Shown: positions 19,355 through 26,062 of the stretch, one piece after another | How positions within the stretch are numbered: position 1 is the first letter of the stretch | Layout: every line of letters begins with the position of its first letter | NCBI RefSeq assembly: GCF_000237865.1 | Contig: NC_017459.1 | Span: forward strand, 1,170,001-1,202,000 | Reading direction: 5' to 3' | Source: Haloquadratum walsbyi C23 | GTDB lineage: Archaea > Halobacteriota > Halobacteria > Halobacteriales > Haloferacaceae | DNA: 32,000 bases | Translations under genes and position numbers: made by a program | Notes under the pieces: model-generated | Told to the model about the DNA's origin: nothing | The model's database searches: none | The model's input: the letters and a program-made list of their open reading frames with translations, nothing else

Positions 19355-19378
19355 CTTTGACTTTGACTTTGATTTTCA
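19355..19378 (+). repeat. tandem hexamer repeat CTTTGA x3 plus TTTTCA
   Basis: Read directly. It is preceded by a YRTGTC-like hexamer run at 19332-19354 and resembles the repeat at 17899-17931. Confidence 0.85.
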
Positions 19379-19681
19379 GAACTGAGATCTTCCACAATAA
19401 CCCTTGGAAATCTGATCTCTGTTTCTCCCTGAGATCACACTCAGCTGAGTCGCGTTGAGTTGAAACGCCCGTGTGCGAGTTGCGTGTTATATCATCCCAT
19501 TCCGTTTCGAATATTCATAACGAAGCTCATAGTACTCACAACTGAGAGACAGACGGCAGCCAATGACGACAATGTAGACACAGACCACAGTATCGCCCTG
19601 GGCAGGACTGTCGATTTTAGGATTCGGGGACTCAGACCCTGATGAATGGACTCTCCTGACTTTAATTGTAGTAAATATCCC

Positions 19682-20134
19682 TCACCCGCCGCGTCCGTAG
19701 TTGTTTCGCATGTCGGTCAGCACCTCACGTGCATGTCCTGATGGGTCCGCCATCGCCGGATCGTAGACCGAGATAACTTCACTCTCTGCGAGTGTGAACG
19801 TCCGGCGGTCGATATATCCGCTCGTCGTATCAAGCCCAAACGCCGCAGCAATGTCACCATCGGGATCCGCCAGGAGATCGAATATAATGTCCTCCTCCTC
19901 GGCGAACTCAGCATGGCTATTGACGGTATCCATCGAAACTCCATACACATCAATTCCGACTTCCCGAAATTCCGGTAACACACTCTGAAAGTCGTTTGCT
20001 TCGATCGTACATCCACCAGTAAAATCCTTTGGATAAAAATACATGACGGCGGGTGTATTGAATTCGACAGTTACCGATTCGCTGTGTTGGTTTGTTGCTG
20101 TGATTGTCGGTGCTGGGTCTCCAGATGTAAGCAT
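19682..20134 (-). CDS. bcp: peroxiredoxin, Bcp/AhpC-TSA family
   Basis: 150 aa with the peroxidatic motif FYPKDFTGGCT (P-x3-T-x2-C). Confidence 0.88.
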   Translation of the reverse strand: MLTSGDPAPTITATNQHSESVTVEFNTPAVMYFYPKDFTGGCTIEANDFQSVLPEFREVGIDVYGVSMDTVNSHAEFAEEEDIIFDLLADPDGDIAAAFGLDTTSGYIDRRTFTLAESEVISVYDPAMADPSGHAREVLTDMRNNYGRGG

Positions 20135-20224
20135 ACGCGTTCGTCAGTCTCAGTTCATATACCGATTGCGATTGTCGGTAATGCCACCTATTCACCTTCT
20201 TCTGACACCTGCTCAATCACCCAA

Positions 20225-20253
20225 TTACGTTACATTACATTACATTACATTGA
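20225..20253 (+). repeat. pentanucleotide microsatellite (TTACA)x4 with imperfect flanking units
   Basis: TTACG TTACA TTACA TTACA TTACA TTGA read directly. It is intergenic. Confidence 0.9.
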
Positions 20254-20382
20254 TAATGGCGTCGTCTGGAATCTGATGAGGACACTCACTCGACAGTGTG
20301 ACATCAATTCAGATGATACGGGAATAAGCGCATGTATACTTTCAGACAGGGCGAAAATCAACAACTAACTACGAGAGAAAAC

Positions 20383-21225
20383 TCACTTCGGGGCAGGCGT
20401 AGAAGTCTGTGATCCAATCGGGGTACCGATAATAGAAATGTCTGCCATCCACTCGTCTACGCCCCAATCAAGTCTGATTGTGACTGTATCGTTCCTTCCA
20501 ATGACTCTTATATTTTGAGTGACATTACGTTCGGAATCAGAATCAAGTGTCGCAGTCACCGTCTGTGAACCAGAGGTAAAGTTTCCGCTGAGACTCGCTC
20601 CAAATGTGCCACGTCCATCGCCGGTGTTCGTCAGTGTGAAGCTGACGGTTACCTCACGTTGTGTTCCCGCACGCAGTTCCCTCGGTGACACCGAAAGTTC
20701 GGATACCTCGAATACCGGAGGAGTATTCAATCGGGTGAGCATAGTCTTTGATAATGACTGTCGCTTTTTTTGATCATAGAGAATGTATCCGGAATCGAAC
20801 GTCTCGGTTTTACTCACAGCAAACGCGATATCTATGGTCTCATTCCGCCAGCGAACAGGTTGAGATTCAGCCAGCGGAACTGACTCGCCATCTATGTTTA
20901 CTCTCAGCTGATTCTGAATCGTGTCTCGTGAGAGCGCTGAGTTCACAGAAAGGGTGAGATACTGTTTGTCCTTTCGCCGATGAACATGTGGATGAACACC
21001 TGCGAGTGCATAGACAATGTAATCTGTAACGGAGAGTGAAACAATGTTTACAGGCTCATTACCATCGCTCGTTTGAGATGTAATTGGCTGTGTTTCGGGA
21101 GAACGAGTTGCTGAATCCGCTGGTGACCCACTATTATCTGAAAGACATCCTGACACTCCTACAGCCATGATGACAGATGTCTTCAGGAATTGACGACGTC
21201 GACATGCATGTTCGTTTGGGGGCAT
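20383..21225 (-). CDS. Tat-secreted lipoprotein with CARDB-like beta-sandwich domain
   Basis: It has a twin-arginine signal plus lipobox (CRRRQFLKTSVIMAVGVSGC), a Ser/Thr/Pro linker, and a C-terminal segment VSPRELRAGTQREVTVSFTLTNTGDGRG. I prefer the start at 21225. The longest ORF reaches 21288. Confidence 0.7.
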   Translation of the reverse strand: MPPNEHACRRRQFLKTSVIMAVGVSGCLSDNSGSPADSATRSPETQPITSQTSDGNEPVNIVSLSVTDYIVYALAGVHPHVHRRKDKQYLTLSVNSALSRDTIQNQLRVNIDGESVPLAESQPVRWRNETIDIAFAVSKTETFDSGYILYDQKKRQSLSKTMLTRLNTPPVFEVSELSVSPRELRAGTQREVTVSFTLTNTGDGRGTFGASLSGNFTSGSQTVTATLDSDSERNVTQNIRVIGRNDTVTIRLDWGVDEWMADISIIGTPIGSQTSTPAPK

Positions 21226-21523
21226 GAGTTGATCTTTCGACACTGAATAATAAGGAATATTAATAGTATATTCTGGTTCGTTTCTCACGATGAAATTGAA
21301 GCCGGGGTCGAATCAAGATCCAACATTCTCGAGATTTCCTCGTCCGTCACTCGAAGAGCACATTTTCTGACATATGAGGGTGTTAAGATATGAGCATTGG
21401 GAATCGACCTGTTATCAGTCGTTGGGACTGTGGGTATCGGTATTCGAAACGGAACGCGCACACGAACGTTCCAGTTCAACTGAGTGTCGCTTCGAATATA
21501 AACATCGATCAGAATGCCACCGA

Positions 21524-21671
21524 CTGTTATGGTCGTGTGGTTTAATTCTCAGATATCAGCTTCGTCCAACGGCTCAAGCTGTGGGCTTTCGCCCCGCTAC
21601 CGCTGTAATCTTGGGTATTGACCCCAATAGCGAGAAGAAATCCCACTCTCTCGGGGATGGGAGGATGTCAA
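21524..21671 (+). repeat. copy E of dispersed structured repeat family (longer variant with three hairpins)
   Basis: Three stems are visible: GGGC-tttc-GCCC (21583-21594), TTGGG..CCCAA (21611-21627) and TCCCA..TGGGA (21641-21661). They are followed by GAGGATGTCAA (21661-21671). The terminal TCA is the rtcB stop codon. The 5' boundary is uncertain. Confidence 0.5.
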
Positions 21672-23113
21672 TTTGCTTTGAGATTATGAATAACTTCGAG
21701 CCAATCGACAATTTCGGCAGTTGGCTCAATCGCATCAACGATTGCCTCAGTTGGTTTGTATGCCATTGGGGCTTCATCAAGCACCGATTCGACAACCGAT
21801 TCAGAGTAGATCCCATCCATTGCATCCGCAAATGCTTCGAGTGATCCCTCGTTGTGTGCTTGTCGCCGACTCATTATTCGACCAGCACCATGTGGTGCTG
21901 TTTGATGAAATCTCTCGACGCCCTGACCACGTGCCAGGATTGATCCCTCAGCCATATTGAATGGAATGATGAGTTCTTGGTCCTCACGAGCAGGGGTAGC
22001 ACCTTTTCGAATCATCAGATCACGGAAGTCAATGTAATTATGAATTGATTGAAACTGACGGTCTGGGTCAATCTGAAGCGTCTCACAAATAGCTTTGCTC
22101 ATCAACTGTCGATTCCAGCGAGCATATTGCTGAGCAAATAACATGTCGATATAATATCCATGTGCTTCACGACCATCGAGCCAATCAAGATCGTTCGATT
22201 GGTCATCGATCTCCGAGTGCGGTCGACTAAGGATATTAAACACCTCGGTAATCTCTTTGCCATCAAAGTCGCGTCTGATTGATTCCTTACGAAGATGTGA
22301 TTCTCCCATCCCGCCGGTGACCCAGGTATATAATTCACCGTTGCTGACTGTTTCGGGGTCAAATTTCAGATATTCATGATACTTTGATGGCAGGATATCT
22401 CTGATATCATCGGCTTGCCGGTATTGTGTGGCGTGCTGTTGCCAGTACTCAGCAATAGATTTACCAAGATATCGTGACCCACTGTGAACAACTAGCCAAT
22501 AGTCACCAGAGTCACGCGCTTTCGCGAACTCGATAAAATGATTCCCACCGCCAAGTGTTCCAGCACTTCGAATCACATGACCCATTCCCTGGCGCTGATT
22601 GGCAAGAACGCGCTGACAAAGCGATTTAAAATACTCACTATCATAGCCGTCAAAATCAAATCCAAGGGGATTGATATGTTGTCCGAACTCATCTTTGTAT
22701 GCTTGCTCAAACCGTCTGAACACGCTATTCGCTTGCTCGAATGGAAACTCATCGATAAGATGTATAGCGTCGGCATCATTATGCACATCATACCCCATCG
22801 GTATCACATCACGAACGCGCTGCTCACGCTCTGACCCCGAAAGCGGTAATGTCGACCCAAGCTTCGTTGCCACCATTCCACACCCGACGTCCACACCAAC
22901 AATATTGGGGACAACGCGGTCGGGAAGTGGCATGGTAAATCCAATTGGTGCACCTGACCCAACGTGTGTATCGGGCATAATCCGAACTGGTTCGGTGAAT
23001 GCAGGATGATCAATCAACTGTTGAATTTGTTCGATACAATTAGATTCAATGAGTCCCTCATCATCAATGAGGATAGTGGCAGTCGTATACTCGCCTGTTA
23101 ATTCAATCGTCAT
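21668..23113 (-). CDS. rtcB: RtcB RNA 3'-phosphate ligase
   Basis: 481 aa. The conserved RtcB motifs are present: MPDTHVG, DVGCGM, GGGNHFIE, HSGSRYLG, SIHNY and APHGAGR. Confidence 0.93.
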   Translation of the reverse strand: MTIELTGEYTTATILIDDEGLIESNCIEQIQQLIDHPAFTEPVRIMPDTHVGSGAPIGFTMPLPDRVVPNIVGVDVGCGMVATKLGSTLPLSGSEREQRVRDVIPMGYDVHNDADAIHLIDEFPFEQANSVFRRFEQAYKDEFGQHINPLGFDFDGYDSEYFKSLCQRVLANQRQGMGHVIRSAGTLGGGNHFIEFAKARDSGDYWLVVHSGSRYLGKSIAEYWQQHATQYRQADDIRDILPSKYHEYLKFDPETVSNGELYTWVTGGMGESHLRKESIRRDFDGKEITEVFNILSRPHSEIDDQSNDLDWLDGREAHGYYIDMLFAQQYARWNRQLMSKAICETLQIDPDRQFQSIHNYIDFRDLMIRKGATPAREDQELIIPFNMAEGSILARGQGVERFHQTAPHGAGRIMSRRQAHNEGSLEAFADAMDGIYSESVVESVLDEAPMAYKPTEAIVDAIEPTAEIVDWLEVIHNLKAN

Positions 23114-23151
23114 AGTGGATACACAATCTTAAACTGATATCTATAATTACT

Positions 23152-23171
23152 CACCCATGTGTAAATGGGTG
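23152..23171. other. perfect 7-bp stem hairpin CACCCAT-gtgtaa-ATGGGTG upstream of rtcB
   Basis: Read directly, 39 nt upstream of the rtcB start codon (23111-23113). Confidence 0.5.
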
Positions 23172-23365
23172 GGTTTTCGTATTATCTCCGTTGGGTTCTA
23201 GTGACCTACATTTATTTGTGAGCGTGGGTCGTGGTAATCTCTGACCACTGCCACTGTATCACGATATCGACAATGACTCATTCAGACGCTCCCAGACAAC
23301 AGTCTCATACTTGATGTTACCCAATTCACTCTGGTGAGTCTGTGATACTGGATATCAGCATATAT

Positions 23366-23449
23366 CTATGAGGATTTATTATAATACTAATATTTGGGTG
23401 CGGAAAGTCGAGGTGAAAGCCTCGCGTTTCAGCGCCGAGAGGATATCAA
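23366..23449 (+). repeat. copy B of dispersed structured repeat family
   Basis: CTATGAGGATTTATT...GGGTGCGGAAAGTCGAGGTGAAAGCCTCGCGTTTCAGCGCCGAGAGGATATCAA. The terminal TCA (23446-23448) is the stop codon of the minus-strand gene 23446-24414. Confidence 0.6.
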
Positions 23450-24414
23450 GCTGGCAATGTGTACGTATCTACGGTTTGGTCGTTGATGCTATATCGAATC
23501 TCTAAATCGCCGTTTCTGATTGCCTGCAGTTGAGCACTCGATAGATCACTCACTGCAATAATCTCCCACGAGATTTCAGACTCATCGTCGGCTGATACCA
23601 TCACATCACGATCTTCGGTCGCAACTACCTCGCCATCGATTACTAACTCGGCGGTCACCGTGTTGTCAACATCGTTATCTGTTGGGTTTGTGATTTTCGC
23701 ATCTGCATAGAGTGTGCCCTGCATGGCTGAAGCAGAGCCATCGACCTCGAGTTGTGGGTCATTGTTGATAAGATCCGGTATGACTAAGCCTCCTGTGGCG
23801 ACCAACGCAATTACAACAATTCCAGCAGCCACATATCTTATCGGCAGCGTCATACCGCCCGCACTCGGCGTCTGTTTCCCTCCAATATATGTTCCCCCAA
23901 GACCAGTCAGTCCGGTCGGGAGTGCCACCGTGATGATTGGAATAAGATACTCCCCAATCGGCAAACCCCGAGATGAGTCGCCTTCCATCGTTGTTTGTGT
24001 GGCAGTATCAGCGACTGCACTTCCTCCACCACCCTCAATCATTGCCACACTCATTGCGAGGATGACAACGATAATCATAGCAAAATATCCAGCAGTCGAA
24101 CCGAGGAAGCTCACAAGATATGATGTAGTTGTCGCTCCATTTTCAGACCCAACCCGAAGTCCAGCGATTAGTCCGATTACAGGTCCAAGTAAAAAAACAA
24201 TAGTAAGTACAACAAGAGTGAGGATCCCACCCAGGATTGCACTTCCTGATCCTAACTGAGTGATTGTTATCCCAGCAGTAGCACCAATTCCAATCCCGGC
24301 GAGTATGAAGATCCCAATCACTTGAGCAAGCATGCTAACTGAAATGCCTGAGTTTACTTCGCTCGTCTCCGTTGGAACCTCGGTCGTGCTTTCTGGTGTA
24401 TTCCCGGCTGACAT
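23446..24414 (-). CDS. polytopic membrane protein with C-terminal extracellular beta-rich domain
   Basis: 322 aa. It has about 6 Gly/Ile-rich TM segments followed by an acidic beta-rich C-terminal domain (LEVDGSASAMQGTLYADAKITNPTDND...). I recognise no family. Confidence 0.75.
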   Translation of the reverse strand: MSAGNTPESTTEVPTETSEVNSGISVSMLAQVIGIFILAGIGIGATAGITITQLGSGSAILGGILTLVVLTIVFLLGPVIGLIAGLRVGSENGATTTSYLVSFLGSTAGYFAMIIVVILAMSVAMIEGGGGSAVADTATQTTMEGDSSRGLPIGEYLIPIITVALPTGLTGLGGTYIGGKQTPSAGGMTLPIRYVAAGIVVIALVATGGLVIPDLINNDPQLEVDGSASAMQGTLYADAKITNPTDNDVDNTVTAELVIDGEVVATEDRDVMVSADDESEISWEIIAVSDLSSAQLQAIRNGDLEIRYSINDQTVDTYTLPA

Positions 24415-24591
24415 ATGTCATATAATAAAAATAAATATGAATGTAAAATAGTTCCCCCATCATTGCATTATTGAGTTCAAACATAGGGGTGAACCGCTTC
24501 GGGGTCATATTCAAGCTCAAGGCAATCTCATAGATCGCTTATAATATGATCTATCTGTGAATTTTGAGTCTGTGAGAAAGTTATTTATTTG

Positions 24592-24807
24592 ATGTCGCTG
24601 AATCGTCAAGAGATGATAGAGCGAGTCTCCAAGCGATTAAATGATTTCGTGAGCACAGATGCTAAGGTCACATTTCTTTTTGTCATACTTGGTCTTGCAT
24701 CATGGCTTGGTGCACAGTTGATAACCGACAGTCGACAAATTCAATTAATCGTGCTCTTCACAGTTGGAATCATCATTCCGACACTGATTAACGAATTGCG
24801 AGAGTAG
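24592..24807 (+). CDS. small membrane protein (2 TM), hypothetical
   Basis: 71 aa counted from the ATG at 24592 (the track uses the TTG at 24589). It has two hydrophobic segments. Support is weak and rests on composition only. Confidence 0.45.
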   Translation: MSLNRQEMIERVSKRLNDFVSTDAKVTFLFVILGLASWLGAQLITDSRQIQLIVLFTVGIIIPTLINELRE

Positions 24808-24904
24808 ATCGTGTCAGGATCTGAGATTCAGATTCTACTCTGCTTTCTCTGTCAAAAATTCAGTATACAAATGCTCATCTTATCTGACTGCATATCCTCA
24901 TACG

Positions 24905-24977
24905 ATATGAGAATTTATTCTGTCCCAGTATAAGATGCAAGGCTAAAACCTCGCTCTTCAGGTCAGAGAGGATGTCA
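24905..24977 (+). repeat. copy C of dispersed structured repeat family
   Basis: ATATGAGAATTTATT...AGATGCAAGGCTAAAACCTCGCTCTTCAGGTCAGAGAGGATGTCA. Its end lies 9 nt from the stop codon of the minus-strand SDR gene. Confidence 0.55.
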
Positions 24978-24986
24978 GCGAATCCA

Positions 24987-25754
24987 TCAGCGTTCTTGAT
25001 CAGTCGGTCGGATTAACATTTCATTCACATTAACATGCTGTGGCTGAGTCACAGCGTAAGCGATTGCGCGGGCAATATCCTCGCTTTCGAGTGGTTTCAT
25101 TGATTCAAGCAGTCCTTCTTCGATTCGCTGTTTGATTTCCTCATCAGGAATATGATCTTGAAGCTCAGTATCAACCGCGCCTGGTTCAATAATCGTCGTT
25201 CGAATACCCTCGGTCGTGACTTCCTGTCTAACGGCTTCAGTAAAGGCGTTTACCCCGAACTTCGTTGCATTATATCCCGAACTCGTCGCACTTGCCCGTC
25301 GACCAGCCGTCGATGAGATGTTCACGATGTGCCCCGCATCTTGCTCTTGCATGATCGGAAGTGCAGCATGAGTGAGATTCATCAATCCAAGAAGATTTAC
25401 CTCAATCATCTGTCTGAAATTTCCACGGTCGGCTCGCTCAACTGGTTCAAGTAACATCACACCTGCATTATTAATCAAAATATCAATCGAGCCAAACTCA
25501 TCAACAGTTAGGTCGACCAGTGAGTCAATGTCATTTTCTTCTGTCACATCAGTTGGAACGACAAGTGATTCACCTCCTGCTGCTTCGATTTGTTCTGCTA
25601 ATGTCACAAGCTCATCTTCGCGCCGAGCAGCAAGGACAACGTTGGCACCCCGAGAGCTCAGCATCTCAGCCGTTGCTTCTCCGATACCTGATGATGCACC
25701 GGTTACGATTACGGTTTGTCCATCAAGCTCAGAATTAATTTCCGTCGACATCAA
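24987..25754 (-). CDS. short-chain dehydrogenase/reductase (SDR) family oxidoreductase
   Basis: 255 aa with cofactor motif TGASSGIGEATA, an NNAG motif and the catalytic Y-x3-K (YNATK). Confidence 0.9.
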   Translation of the reverse strand: MMSTEINSELDGQTVIVTGASSGIGEATAEMLSSRGANVVLAARREDELVTLAEQIEAAGGESLVVPTDVTEENDIDSLVDLTVDEFGSIDILINNAGVMLLEPVERADRGNFRQMIEVNLLGLMNLTHAALPIMQEQDAGHIVNISSTAGRRASATSSGYNATKFGVNAFTEAVRQEVTTEGIRTTIIEPGAVDTELQDHIPDEEIKQRIEEGLLESMKPLESEDIARAIAYAVTQPQHVNVNEMLIRPTDQER

Positions 25755-26062
25755 GAATATTAGTTTCTCCAGTCAATATGAGGGTGTTGCTACGCACATT
25801 AACTATCAATCTCATACGATATGCTCCGGCAGCTAGAAATGCATATCATGAAATGGTGATCTCAATCACAGTTCGTTACAGAGAGTTTGATACCATCCAG
25901 TGATTATCCATATTATTGGGTGTATAATAATAATATCAAATACCGAACGTATTTACACAATTATAACCCGGATGCCACGGAGTTCGACCCCGAGGCAGTT
26001 TATCTCATCATAGGATAGCAGCAAGATGCTTCGGTGATTAGTTCCTCGATATTAACATCTAT

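Noticed and set aside
17899-19378. Possible CRISPR array, considered because of the short direct repeats.
   Set aside because: The repeats are 6-14 nt, contiguous and without spacers, which is far below CRISPR repeat size.
19490-19681. Open frame continuing in phase after the bcp TGA stop, as possible read-through.
   Set aside because: The downstream translation is Cys/Arg/Ser-rich and unlike a protein extension. I see no recoding signal.
21285-21479. 64-aa minus-strand ORF overlapping the long form of the lipoprotein ORF by 4 nt.
   Set aside because: The peptide is basic and proline-rich with no motif. The lipoprotein more likely starts at 21225, just before its Tat signal, which removes the apparent coupling.
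24897-24909. 13-nt exact match CTCATACGATATG also found at 25811-25823.
   Set aside because: By a rough estimate, several exact 13-mer matches are expected by chance in a 32-kb window searched on both strands. The flanks do not align.
21524-25754. Integron-like interpretation, with attC-like sites after each cassette.
   Set aside because: No integrase gene or attI is visible. Copies also occur singly and in the opposite orientation at 1.3 kb and 14.4 kb. The conserved TCAA-type terminus fits IS200/IS605- or REP-like elements better. The idea is kept only as a low-priority alternative.
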